This document shows, piece after piece, positions 1-12,353 of a stretch of 64,000 nt of DNA. The notes under the pieces are model-generated. The model was not told the origin of the DNA and searched no databases. It worked only from the letters and a program-made list of their open reading frames with translations. The stretch is from positions 434,001 to 498,000 of the forward strand of contig NIVC01000114.1 in the NCBI GenBank assembly GCA_002269645.1, in the 5' to 3' direction. The DNA is from Macrostomum lignano (lineage: Eukaryota). A program made the position numbers and the translations under genes. The stretch's first letter is position 1. Each line of letters opens with the position of its first letter.

Positions 1-459
1 GCTTCTCCCTGACCCAGCCGACCTCTGAATTTTCCAGGTTCCTGCAGATAACAGCTACCTGTGCATTTGGCTTGAATATTTCATTAAAAAGCATTGGCAA
101 TTGGGTATTGAAGTCCGCAGAACAAAATCGCAGAGAAAAGCCCGCATCGAAGCAGACGCGCAGTTTGAAGGGGAAAAGTAATTAAGCATGCAGTGTGAAT
201 TGAATTGCAGCACAAATGAGCAAAACAGAAGTTCATAGCAGGAGGGCTGATCGCACTAAGTCAGCAACAATAATCTAGGATTATTCATTTTACAAAGAGT
301 ATTTCGGCATTAAAACTGATTGAAATGAAAATGAGAAAACTTACTGACTCAACGGAATGTAACGTAACTAAAAAAAGGAACCCCAAAGATAGAAGAAAAA
401 AATGAGTCTAAAACTCCAGTCTAGAAAAACTTCAAAATTTGAGCAACGAAGTCCTCAGG

Positions 460-3400
460 TCATTGCGGTCTCATCCGGCTGAGCTTGGCGTGAGTCCAGC
501 TGTCTCTCTGCTCCGCTGCAGTTTCCATGGCTACCAGGCGCCCCAAGTCGGCCCCGTCTCGCCGCAGCCTCGCCCTCGCCCACAGCCTTCGCTCCTCATC
601 TTCCCTGCTGCGGTGAGCGCCGCTGTCGCTGTCGCTGCGGTTCGAAACTCGCCACCGCTTCTGCCTGACCCAGCCGATCTTCTCCTCGTCCTGCGTCTCC
701 ATGACGACGCGTCTCTCTTTCTCGATCATCTCCATCTGCTGCAGGCTGAGCTCCACATGCTCGCGGCAGTCGCTGTAGTGAGCCAGAGTGAGCAGCTCCT
801 CCAAGTCCGGGTCTCCAAGCAGCTGTTCAATCCAATGATCGAATGCGATTGCAGGTGCGCGATTGCGGAGCAGCTCAGCTTGGAGACTCCAGCTCAGGCA
901 GCGGAAGTTCACGTACAGGTGGGAGAAGAGAGGCTGCGACAGTCTGGCTGTGAACAGAGTCTGCGTGAAGTCGGGAAGGAATGGGAAGCAAGGCGGAGAG
1001 TCGCAGGGGAGGCAGAACCTCCACGCCCAGTCTGAGTCTTCTGGCAGTTCTATCTTATTTTGTAGCCAGTTACCCTTGTCTCGGATGTCGTGTGGCTTCA
1101 ACCCTGACTCAACCTGATGTCTCTGCAGCTCCATCGCGAGTCTCTCAGCCTCCTCAGATTCTCCAAACTTCAAATGCGCCATGGCGGTCATGCACAGGGC
1201 GGCGCACTTGCACCACTTTAGCTTATGCAGGAGGCTGAGCTGCCTCATCAGGGTGTCTCTGTCGCTCGATTCCAACTGCAGCCCGCTCACACACTGGTGC
1301 ACAACACTGTACACGTCTGCGCACTTGTGGTACATTTCTGGATATTCACTTCCTTTCCTGATCTCTGTGACAGCAGGCGGCGCTGTCAGAGGCAGCAGAG
1401 TGAACGGGTGAAAGTAGAACTTCTCTGACTGCAGAGGTCTCACGAGTCTCCTCAGCTGCTCGACCACTCCACCGATGTCGCTTCTCAGCTCACAAAGTCG
1501 GTGTCGAACCCTCGCCTTCGTGTTGTCGAAGTCGCCGCCAATTCCAGCGTTCTTGAAGTAGAGCGGAGCGTCGGGCATGAAGAAGTGCGGCATGCACTCA
1601 TCGGGCGAGCTGCTCGAGTCGATGAAGCTCAGCATCATGTCGAGAGACTCCTTGAGCAGAGCGATCAGATTGTGGGGCTGCCAAGCCTCAGTTTGAGGAT
1701 CTGTGCCATGCTTCTCTAGCATTGTGAAGAGCAGAGTCTTTGCATGGTAGGTCTTGAGTCCAGGTGTGTCCAGAGTGAGCGGCAAGTGTCTCTTGAAGAT
1801 GAACTTGATGAGTGTGAACAGCTGGCCCTGGACTGTGCTCAGTCGTCTCATGATGTCTTTCTCCTGGAAGCTGAAGCTCACTCTGAGCTCGTTGGTCTCA
1901 CTCGGTCTGGTCGCCCGAACGAGGTGAACATACTGCCCTTTATGAGTCAGTTTTTCAATTCTGTACTCACAGAAACTGCTGCAGCACTGGATCACATGGC
2001 ACGTGTCCTGTGCAGGCCGCACACCGCACGCCGTGGCTGTCACTGCAGGTTGGCTGCCTGTAGAGCGCAGTGAACGGAGAGTCGCTTTGGAGAGACTGGC
2101 CTTTCAAGACCGGACTACCCTAGACAGAGCTTTCTGCATACGGCCCTTTTAATTTGCCCTGAGCCTGAGCGCGCTTATTTACGTACACACTTGCAAAATA
2201 TACGCATGCGCGCTTATGTAATGAGCCTTTATAAAAAACCTCAAGAGCGTAATTTTTAGTGAGTAGATTGCTTGCTTCCACCCATGCTGCTTGATGAGAC
2301 GCCAAAGAATTTGGACGCTCTTTGAAGAAACAAAAAATGCATGAGGCATGAGCGTCTCCACCCACGAGTTCGCTCATTTTCACCTTGACCTGCTCTGCCT
2401 CATCAGGCTGCAGCTCAGCACAGCTGCTCAAGCATCATCAGGACTTAGTTCCCCGCAGGCAAGCACCAATCAGGCAGTCAGGGCGGCTTCAGTTTATTTT
2501 CGGTTTATTTTGTTTGAAATTTCCAAGTGAGAGCAGCAGCACCTCAGCAGAGCCATGTCGCCTACCGTGGGTCACCCAAGCACCGCTGCACCCACTCTGC
2601 TGCAATCGGAGCCTGTGAATTCAAAACCCAATGGCCCGGTTCAGCCAATCGGCATCAGAGTTTTCTTTTAAATTTTCGCCTGCCGCTTGTTTCAGCACCC
2701 AAGCCGGCATTCGCAGTCAAAGAAGCTGCTTGAGGCTGGGCGCCACTCGGTTGCGAATTTAAAATTGAGCAAAGTTAATGGGGGATAATAAGTTGCATGC
2801 GGATCTCAGCATTCTGGTGATGAACCCAGCCTCACTCACCTGCTCCCACTGCCACCTGTGCGTGGCCCTCCGTGACCTGCAGCCGAGTAGCGTCTCTGCA
2901 GGAGTCCTTATCTCTTTCGCAGCCACTTTCGAGATGGAACTGCTGCCCAGCAACCAGCACAGTCCAATCAATGTCCGAGTCTGCAGCTGTCCTGCCGTTC
3001 ACTTGCACCAGATTGTTGGCCCAGCCCTCTGCGTAGCTGCCCGTCATCTGCCTGATATCCTGTGTGAGGACTTGAGTAAAATTTTGCAGCCAGTCAGCCA
3101 GTCTTTGCTGACACTTTGCTCTCTGCTCGGTAAATCCCGCATCGCTGAGCAGTCGATGCAGCTCCTCGCTCAGGCGCCTGTCTTGCTGGGAGTCGTCTGA
3201 GAGCCTGGAATGACCCGAGATGCATGTGGGTGATTTGCTCAGAGTTTGATGGACAGAACAAGCAGGAGAGCTGAGAGTGCAGCAGCTGCAGCACTCAGAC
3301 CAACCTAATTTAAACTCTCAGACTTACTGGCGAGCTGCTGCCTGTCGGGCCTTGGAGCTTCTGTAATGCATGGAGGATTCATTTTGGCGCTCGTACTTTT

Positions 3401-4399
3401 ATTTATTCTTGTTTCGATACGTCACGAGATTTGCGTCACTCACCCCGCTCCATTTGGGTCAAGCAGCCGCAGCACCTGCCGCTGCTCAAATCGCTGTGCC
3501 ACCTGCGCACACGTCTGACCCCGACCATCTCGATGACTCGCATCCGCTCCTCTGTCCATCAGAGCCTTGGCTGCTCGCAACTGACCGGCTTCGCACGCTC
3601 GTGACAGAGCAGTCCGACCCTGACTGTCTTCAGCACGCACTGACGCACCGAGATCGATGAGTTTCTCAATGAGCTCGTGATGACCTGCATCAGCTGCCAG
3701 CATGAGAGCAGTGGCTCCAGTGCTGTCTGGCAGATCGACATGCTGTGTGCTGACTCGCTCATCATTGATCAGTGTGACAGCAAGAGCGACGTGTCTTTGA
3801 GAGATGGAGAGGCAGAGCAGCTGTGCGATGTGAGCTGGCTGCATTCGAGAGAGGGTGTCGTTGAGAACAGAGTTCCTGCCTTCGATGGCCATTGCTGCAG
3901 TGAAGCAGAGGATGGAGCTGGATTGGAAGAGCCAGTCGGGCTGGAGGCCTAGTGAAGCAACAACGTCTTCGCGAAGACGACAGCAAGCCGCGACTGCAAA
4001 TTGGAAATGTAGCTTCGCTCTCTGATCCGGACTTGAGGGACGCGAGAGTAGGAAATTCATCACTTCTAATTGACCATATTTTGCAGCAGATTTTGCAGCC
4101 TCGATGCAGAACTGATCTCTACTTATTTGGTCAGTGACTGTGTCCAAAAGAAACTTGACGACTTCTAAATGACCATTGGTTGCAGCATATTTTGCAGTGT
4201 ATATGCAGCACTGATCTCTTTTTGTTTGGTCAGCAAGTTTTAGCACGAGAAACTTGACGACTTCCCACTGACCATGCCGTGCAGCCAGTTCAGCATCTTC
4301 TATGCAAAAGTGGGTCTTCCGTGTCTGTCCTGGTCGAGGCAGCCGGTGAGTGCGCACTGCCGTGATGACGGTGCGATGGCAGCTGAGGTATTGACCCAT
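460..4399 (-). CDS. Ankyrin-repeat cGAS-like (Mab-21/cGLR) nucleotidyltransferase, copy 1; exons 4399-3444, 3204-2840, 2057-460
   Basis: Exon 1 has ankyrin repeats (AARHGQWEVVKFL, AATNGHLEVVKFL, TALMLAADAGHHELIEKL, TALSRACEAG). Exon 2 has the NTase motif GSYAEGW...DSDID. Exon 3 has the third acid (RPAQD) and Mab-21 C-lobe motifs (ELRVSFSFQEK, LKTYHAKTLLF, PHFF). GTGAGT donors and CAG acceptors join in frame (phase 2, then phase 1; exon 2 is 365 nt). Confidence 0.85.
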
Positions 4400-4507
4400 C
4401 GAGCGGCTGTGGATAGTTTTAGTCGAAATTGAGAGGGTAAGGGTGAGTGAGTGCAAATGAGACGGAAAAAAGAGAAAGTTGGGGATGAAAGAAGGGACAG
4501 AATGGCA

Positions 4508-4790
4508 AATGTCAGTCACGGCTGCTGTCAGAGTGGCAGATGTCAGTCACGGCTGCTGTCAGAGTGGCAGATGTCAGTCACGGCTGCTGTCAGAGTGGCA
4601 GATGTCAGTCACGGCTGCTGTCAGAGTGGCAGATGTCAGTCACGGCTGCTGTCAGAGTGGCAGATGTCAGTCACGGCTGCTGTCAGAGTGACAGATGTCA
4701 GTCACGGCTGCTGTCAGAGTGGCAGATGTCAGTCACGGCTGCTGTCAGAGTGACAGATGTCAGTCACGGCTGCTGTCAGAGTGCAGATGT
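4508..4790. repeat. 31-nt minisatellite, ~9 copies
   Basis: Unit GGCAGATGTCAGTCACGGCTGCTGTCAGAGT; the same repeat recurs at 16320-16575. Confidence 0.95.
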
Positions 4791-5393
4791 CAGTTCTAGC
4801 GGTTTTTGCAGCCCGTTGCCAAAAAAATTTACCGCTTCATGTCCCAGCAGTTCACCTTTTGTCGCCTTTGGTGAGCGGCGACAACCCCTGACCTTATCAA
4901 CAGAAACTTCTCTCGCGAGCATGAGCGCTGAGCCCGTCTCTGAAGCTCCCAGGAAAAGCACAAAAATGCAAGCAGTGACTACTTGTCGACATGAACGTAC
5001 GAAGCCGTCACAGAAAGTCATTCCCCCACATCGGGCGGGCTGATAGCGCAAGCTCAGGCATCCCTACCTGCAGACCAGTGAGTACGAGTACTCGTAAAAA
5101 CTCGACTTTCGCAAGAGAAGCGGGTTCAAAACGCACACTGAGCAACGGCACCTCTGCCCCACCCCAGAGCGATCGATAGGCTGGCCAGGGCGCACAGGAG
5201 GCGTGGAGGCCCAGGCGGCCCAGGCCAGTTCGTTTCCAAAGAAAAGCTTGTGAAGATAAGCGGAGGCGCTTGGCTGTATGTCTGCTCAAGATTATCGATA
5301 ATTTTCAAACAGAAAAAAACTGGATTTTGCTATATTAATCTCGCTTCAAAGCGGACAAAATCATTCACAACTGAGCAAGAGATACATTAGAAA

Positions 5394-5625
5394 CTGAGCA
5401 CGAGTTCCATTGGAAACTGAGCACGAGTTCCATTGGACACTGAGCACGAGTTCCATTGGACACTGAGCACGAGTTCCATTGGAAACTGAGCACGAGTTCC
5501 ATTGGAAACTGAGCACGAGATCCATTGGACACTGAGCACGAGTTCCATTGGACACTGAGCACGAGTTCCATTGGACACTGAGCACGAGATCCATTGGAAA
5601 CTGAGCACGAGATCCATTGAAAACG
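5394..5625. repeat. 23-nt minisatellite, ~10 copies
   Basis: Unit CTGAGCACGAGTTCCATTGGA(A/C)A. Confidence 0.95.
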
Positions 5626-5899
5626 AAGCACAAGTTTCATTGGTTTGCAGCAGGGCGAATCCAGAAGGCTGAGCTGAGGGGCTGCTGCGGCCCCACTGAA
5701 ATTTTAAGCTTCCCTTCTGGCAACTTCGGCAGGACAGTCGCTGAGGAGGCGCTCAAATGCAGCACTTAGCTCGGAACTGAGAACTCTGGCCTCGGCAGCC
5801 AAGCAGCCTCTGCAGCCGTGGCGCCCTTTTCCTGCTGCCCCTTCATTGTGGACTTTCATGGCGCCACTAGTGGGGCGCACTTAGTTGTAGAGTCTCGTT

Positions 5900-6620
5900 A
5901 ACGTATTGTTCCTCCGGAGTTGTCTTCTTGAGTTCTGAAGTCGGCCGAGTATGAATCAATTCAATCCGTCGACGTCAATGTATTCTTCAAGTTCAGAAAT
6001 CAGAATCAGAGATGCGCCCTAATAACAAAGTCAGCTTTATAACAATAACGAGGTCCTCCAGAAAGGGCGTCTTCTTGTAGAAATAACGTAATGGTGGTCT
6101 TGTGCCCCTATCGGTTACTCTAGGGTACCAAAATCAATCAATAAATAATCGTCTAAGAGTCCGCAGATCCTACCCAATCCCTTATGAATAGGTGAACCTA
6201 GATAACTCAATAGAAATCAACTGATCAGTAACGGCCGGCAATAACCGCAGGTCTCAATAATCAAAATAACAAAGACTCTGACAAAGGCTTATCAATTCGT
6301 ATTCCGTCTCCCTCGGAGATATAGCCTCATTTGCGTGCTCTGGCAAAGCACAAGATCTCTTGAGGCTGCTCCGAGTCTGAGGTTTCAGCTCGGATTTTTT
6401 GCTTGCATTTATACACAATTTGGGTCGACATTGAACTCAAACCGTTTTTTTCGATGAGGTCAAGAGAGGAGTTTTTGAGTAGAAAAGGGTGAGACTTGGG
6501 TCCCACTAAGGTTAACATTTAATGTACCATATTTGGAAATTCTAAAGACGGACATTGAAAACCGGTTTTTCGAACTATACTGGTAGAATGATTACTCGCT
6601 GTTTTCGTGATATTATTGGT
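5900..6620. repeat. Dispersed ~0.7-kb repeat, inverted relative to 21290-22040; family unknown
   Basis: Its reverse complement aligns by eye with 21290-22040 (e.g. TTGTGTATAAAT...AATCCGAGCTGAAA(C/T)CTCAGACTCGGAGCAGCCTC). Confidence 0.75.
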
Positions 6621-7465
6621 ATTGCTAGAATAGAGTACTGCGTATGTTATTTTTAAGTTTGTATTCGTAATTTTATCTTACTACTTCTAGTAGTCTGCTA
6701 TGCTTGGAGATCTTCATCCACAAAAGGTCAAAGAAGGTCATCCTTCTCAGCCACTGTCACAAAAGCATGTTAATTTTTTATGTTTTGGAAATTTACTGGG
6801 CTTTAATTTCCCACTCAACTTTCTTACAGTTCCTCACAGCTTTGCAAACAGTTTCTGCAGAAAAATGCTCACTCGAGTAAACACAAAAATCAATTACACG
6901 AACGAGGCGAATCACAGGCCCAATTCTTCCGGTGCATTCGCTGCACAAAGGCATTTTATTAACTCAAGGCAAAATTTGAAAATGATTAAAAATAAGACCG
7001 GCGCCGAAATGATGCAGGCAAGCGGAGACCAATTAGTGCTTCCAGCAACAAAGGCAATTAAAACACGAACTTGGCACAGAAACGAAGCAGGCCTCCGTCA
7101 ATAAAAAAGTGTTTCGAACTTCAATCTACGAGTATATTTGGCTTAAAGCAAACTTAACACGAAAAAGAAAAAAAAATTCACTGCGAGAAGGCAAAGTGAG
7201 CCGCCAGTAGAGCGCGACGGGGGTTTAAAAACACCCCTGCCACCCAAGGGGGGGCAGGCGGCGATGTACAATCAACGCGCTGGGCACTAAAGCCGGTTTG
7301 TGCACTTTCGCCGCACAAACCAGTCCATTAGTGCTTCCAGCAACAAAGGCAATTAAAACACGAACTTGGCACAGAAACGAAGCAGGCCTCCAAAGCCAAA
7401 CACAACGGGGGATAAGAGCAGCAGCTAGGCATTGAGCAAAAAACAAATCAGCGGGAAGACCACCG

Positions 7466-8496
7466 TCAAAAATGAGCACTAAGGGCGGAAGAAAAATGCA
7501 GAGAGGCCGCAGCAGTGGCAACACCCGAGCGGGGCAAGTAGCGCTCCACCGCCGAACTCTTCCAGTCGCCGATCCGCTGGATCTCCGCCACCGGCAGGCC
7601 CATGCGAGCTGCCCAGGTGGCTCCACCTCGACGCAGGCTGTGAGCCGAGTAGAGCTTGCCGCCACACCCAGCCCTCTGCAGCTTAGAGTCAAGAAACCGG
7701 TCCAAGTCCCGAGCAGCTAGATGGCGCCGCTGTCCATTGCGATCGATGAAGGACCAGAGTGGCGCCTCGGCCATCGCCAGCTTGTTGACACACAGATGTC
7801 GGCGAATCGCCACTACCGGGCAGAGCGCGGGGCAGGCGGGGAACTTCGGAAGCAGGACGTGGTGGACTCGATCACGGAACTGAATAGTCTTGCCAAAGTC
7901 CACGCTTAAGAGGAGGCCGCAACGGTGAGGTGTCAGATTCTGCACCTTCATCCACTACCCAACTGAGGCGACGATAGAAGGAGTGATGATTTTCGCAGCA
8001 TTCCCCACCAGGCAGTGATGGTGACCGCCCAGCAGGCCAGTTGCCGATTGTCGCCCTTGTCAACCAGAGACCAAAGCTTTTGCAGCACCGACGGAGACAT
8101 TGGTAGCTTCTGGTTGACCTGAAGCCCCAGCGCTCGCTTGCAGCCCCGCAGCAGATGCTGGGTGAGGGTATGCTTTGTCAGGTCCTGAGCGCCGTTCAGC
8201 CGAAACCACAGTGAAAGCGAGCTGACGTGACCGCGAATGCTACTGTAGGCTCGCAGGCCAGCCAGGTAGTTTAGCAGCGTGGACACAGTACACCCGGCGG
8301 GGTCGAGTCCCTTGGCTGAGCAGTACGCGCGCCAGGACCGCACGTGTGAGCTGATGGCGCTTTTCGAGCGGGCCGCGTAGGAGGAACCGAGTAGTTCACG
8401 GGCTCGGTGGCTGAGGTGGTCTGGCGCAGTCTGGCGACCTGAAAACGGAGAAAAGCGGATGTGGCAGCAGAAAGCGTGTGCCGGGAAAGCGAGCAA
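7466..8496 (-). CDS. Ngaro tyrosine recombinase, frameshifted near 7950
   Basis: The N-part runs to GMLRKS (catalytic Arg); the C-part has KT, CPV, YSAHSLRRGGAT and GDWKSSAVERY. Confidence 0.88.
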
Positions 8497-8549
8497 TTGG
8501 TGAGACGCATCAATGAGCCATAAAAGCGCAGCAAAAAATTCAACAACTG

Positions 8550-10018
8550 ACTGCCCTCGTGCAGCCGAGACGCGGCGTCAGCAAAAATTTGAAACGGCCC
8601 TGGCACATGGTAAGCACGCAGCTGAATGTTCTGACGAATGCAAAGCAGCGCCACCGTCTGCAACAGCCTCAACACCAGAGGGCACTTGGAGACCCCATTG
8701 TTGATAATACAGCACGCTGCCATATTATCGCAGTAGATGCACAGCCGACAGTTGTGCAGGCGGTCCCGCCACGACAGCAACGCCATCAGAGGTATCGCAG
8801 CCTCCTTGTAATTGATAGGCAGATCCCGAAAAACAGCATCCGCGTCGAGATCCCAATTAACGTAGCGCCAGTCACTCACGCCCCCGGCAACCGCAGCACG
8901 GCAGCGCCGCCCACCAGGCAGGCGTCCGACTCGATCGCGGCATCGAAGTCGCCATTGAACCAGAGAGTCTTCCACCTTTGAGCTAGCAGAGCACACTTCC
9001 ACCAGCGCAGCTGACTACGCAGGGCCGCATCCACCTCATCTTGCTGACCGACGGCCAAATTGTTAGAGCGCGAAATCAGGTCCTGAAGAAAGGGGCGACC
9101 GCATTCGATCACCTGCGAAGCCCACACCAGCCTGCCGATGATCTGCTGTAAACTTTGCTTGCTGATGCGATCCTTGGCAGCAGCATCGTCCAGTTGCTCT
9201 AAAAGTTTCTCCACTTTCTCGTCTGAAAGCCGCTTCAGGCCCTTGACGGTGTCGAGCTCCACACCGAGAAACGTCATCCTTTGCGAAGGCCGCTGACACT
9301 TCGTCCAATTCACGGTGAAGCCCAGTCTGGTCATCAGCGACGTCAACACATTAAAGAAGGCCTCGCACTCGTTTTGCAAACCGCAAAAGGCAAAATCGTC
9401 CAGATAGGCCTCAGTATTGACGAAGCCGCGGTGCACCATCATCAACTTGACCGCCTCGCTGAGATGATAGAAAGCCGTGACGGAAGCAGCAGCACCAAAT
9501 GGCAGGCGCGTGTCCACCATGTAGGTGTCGCAAGCATCGCTACCTAGCCGAAACTTCAAACCGGTAAACTTTTGGTCGTCAGGATGGATCCCACATGAAC
9601 GATAGGCTTCGCTTAGATCGACCTTGCACATAAAGTAATTCTTCTTAAGCCTCTTAGCAAAGTTCTGGACACAGGTGAAACGCAGTCTCTGCTCGCTCTC
9701 GTAAGCGGAGTTGACAGACTTCCCTTGCGGCCGGCTACAGTCATGGATTAAGCGAACGCCACCGTTGGACTTCGGCAGCGCACCAAGGGCGCTGACTATG
9801 CGAGGTTTGTCACCAGCAGCACAGAGACGATAACGACCGAGACGAAGCTCATTAGCAATCTGACGCGCAACTCTGTCATGGTGCTTAAAAACCGATGAGT
9901 AGTTTGCCACTTCAACCAGCTCGTTGCCATGCATCTGACGATTGGTGATGCGAAAGCCACTAGCAACGCCATCAAGGATAAAAGCCATCCGACCGGGCGG
10001 GAGATCCAGCTTGGACAA
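8550..10018 (-). CDS. Ngaro reverse transcriptase/RNase H, frameshifted near 8880-8910
   Basis: RT motifs are RLIHDCS, VDLSEAYR, RLPFG and YLDDF. RNase H starts ESDAC and continues in another frame with INYKE, CDN and HVPG...ADAASR. Confidence 0.88.
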
Positions 10019-10090
10019 CTCCGCCTGCCACTGGGCCAGATTGAGATCAGAGGATAAAACAGGAGGAATAAAATTCGCGCTATGATCGAG

Positions 10091-11152
10091 TCAGTGTTGC
10101 GGTTTCTCCTCACCGCTCGATTCGTCGCGGTGGAAGGCTGCCTCAGAGTGCGCCAGGCCGCATCTTCGGCAGCGATGCAGGAACCGACAGCTCTTGCGTT
10201 CGCACCCGCGTATCCTGTTGTAGTCGAAGCAAACCAGTTGATTGCGCTTCTGGGCACCACCCCCCGATTGCTGCTTCTGGGGAGCCATGAGGTACGCCGC
10301 AACCAGACTCAGGTCCGAGCTGTGCGACTCCCACTTGCCATCAGACGTTTGGCTGAGCCGGCACTCGTCATCAAATCTCATCACACGGCTCTTGTCGAAG
10401 CCCAGGTCCAACAACTCGCCAATGCGTGCGGTGTACCTGAGATAGTCTCTGAGCTCTGCCACATCCAATCGACCATGCTGATCCAGTCTGACTAGACGCC
10501 CGTCAGTCAGCATCTGAAGCATCGCCTGCGCATTGCCCGTCACCCAATCGCCTAACGACAGCGCCTCGACCGCCACTTCTTTAGACTTACTCTGGCCTAG
10601 AAGACACTGCTTGCGCTTGCTGACGAAGTCAACGATTCGGTAGACGCTACTGGTACTTCTCCCTGAGGCTCCCATGTTCTCATGCTGCTGCCCAACTTCA
10701 TGCTGCACACATCCAGTTAGGCAATTTAGCAACTCACCCGGTACATCACGTGCCTCAGAACGGCCGACCCGTAGCTGCGCGAACTCGGATTCCAGCTGCG
10801 CTTCTTCTTTGCGCAGCTTCAGCAGACGGATTCGCTTCTCCGCCTCCAGCAGCTGTTCGTCCAGGCCGCCAGCCGCGCCAGACCCACCGTTCTCGACCTG
10901 TCGCCGATTTGGGGGGCTGCCCCCGCTGCTCGCTACCGCCGAGTTCTGCCCTGTAGCTCGCAGAATGGCCTGAACGTTCGTCAGCTCGTCACTCTCGACA
11001 GAGGTCTCCACGTCTTGAATATGGGCGCGAAGCCTTTGGACTAGTTTTGCTTTGTTGCCAGAGGTTGGCAAACCAAGCTCCTTTAGTTTCCCTCGCAGTG
11101 CTGGCACAGTTGTGGGGACGGAATCGGCTGACTGGCTACGGGTGCGGTTCAT
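10091..11152 (-). CDS. Ngaro gag-like ORF1 with N-terminal SAP domain and C-terminal Cys/His finger
   Basis: TVPALRGKLKELGLPTSGNKAKLVQRL fits the SAP consensus; the C-terminus is CFDYNRIRGCERKSCRFLHRCRRCGLAH. Confidence 0.8.
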   Translation of the reverse strand: MNRTRSQSADSVPTTVPALRGKLKELGLPTSGNKAKLVQRLRAHIQDVETSVESDELTNVQAILRATGQNSAVASSGGSPPNRRQVENGGSGAAGGLDEQLLEAEKRIRLLKLRKEEAQLESEFAQLRVGRSEARDVPGELLNCLTGCVQHEVGQQHENMGASGRSTSSVYRIVDFVSKRKQCLLGQSKSKEVAVEALSLGDWVTGNAQAMLQMLTDGRLVRLDQHGRLDVAELRDYLRYTARIGELLDLGFDKSRVMRFDDECRLSQTSDGKWESHSSDLSLVAAYLMAPQKQQSGGGAQKRNQLVCFDYNRIRGCERKSCRFLHRCRRCGLAHSEAAFHRDESSGEEKPQH

Positions 11153-12353
11153 GACTCAGCAAAAGTTTCTATTTCTAAGTCAAAAAAATTCACTGCGAGA
11201 AGGCAAAGTGAGCCGCCAGTAGAGCGCGACGGGGGTTTAAAAACACCCCTGCCACCCAAGGGGGGGCAGGCGGCGATGTACAATCAACGCGCTGGGCACT
11301 AAAGCCGGTTTGTGCACTTTCGCCGCACAAACCAGTCCAATCTAAAAAAATTTAAGGATCTAATTTATTTATTTAAGGAATAAAAAGTAAATTAGGACAC
11401 GAAGAGTGAATTAAACATCATCACACTACTAGGAAGTACAAATGTAGAAAAAGAGATTTTTTATATTTTCTAATCAATATAAGTACATGTGGACTCTACG
11501 TAGACTCTTTACGAAAAATATTAGTGGGGCGTGTCGCGGAATAATGCGTATAATTTATGTTTGTCAACTCGTGTATATTTCTACTGCGCTTTGTTGAGGC
11601 ATTAAACGCATAATCTACATAGAACTTTCGTGTTAAAGTGTGTTTGATAGGCGTAGTTTCCACTAAAAGCAACTCATTCCGACTGTGCAAAGTTTTGCTC
11701 ACCATGTATCATGTCTTTACTCTAGGTTTATTGACGTCAATCTTTCCTTGTGTAGAAATCCTCTTTAGCCCTAGTGTATTTCGGGTTCACATACCCAGTT
11801 TTTTTCTGTTATTTAAATTGGGTTACAACCTGTGTTTAATATAGTTACCACCCGTGTATCCATTTTCTTCCGTTGCCTGTAACCGCCCTTTTAGGACTCG
11901 GTTGAGATTCAGTAACCCAATAAGCCGATCCCAGTTCTCTTAGTTCTGATAGTCGAGGCCCCCACGTGTAAGCCCAGTTTTCCTTATCCCGACCTTGCTC
12001 CTCTCCCGAAAACTCAATCCTTGCGGGCAGTAATGTTTAGTTTTCCTTAGTAACAATAAAAATGTATAGAAACACCTGTATAGCATATTAGGACGCATAA
12101 AAATCAAATTAATGGCAGTAAATTTATCTAGGAAAGCACTATTTTCGTCCCTTGTGACCTAAAGTAAAAGGAGTTCTTAGACAAATTCGAGCTAATTGCG
12201 TCTCAGAACTTTCTCTCCGTGAATTGACGCGGCGGAGGCAGCAAAACTACTACTTTTAGTACGATACAAAGCAAATACTGCTTATTTAAGTAAGTTTCCC
12301 GTAGTGGATAATATGTTACTATTCTGAAACTATTCTGTTTCTTGTGAAGTAGT

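Larger units (their letters stand above)
7029..11341 (-). mobile_element. Ngaro/DIRS-group tyrosine-recombinase retrotransposon with split direct repeats
   Basis: Gene order is gag-RT-RNaseH-YR. Repeat A is at 11182-11339 and 7170-7327; repeat B is at 7327-7391 and 7032-7096 (A1...B1-A2-B2). CCAAT occurs at both ends. Confidence 0.92.

Noticed and set aside
439-3952. Plus-strand ORFs overlapping cGLR copy 1 (and likewise copy 2)
   Set aside because: Antisense shadows of GC-rich coding sequence with no recognisable motifs.
4451-5640. ORFs across the 31-nt and 23-nt arrays, and their CRISPR-like periodicity
   Set aside because: These are stop-free minisatellite frames. The units are contiguous with no unique spacers and the context is eukaryotic.
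11340-12340. Possible decayed LINE 3' end
   Set aside because: Multiple stops in all frames and no convincing RT motif.
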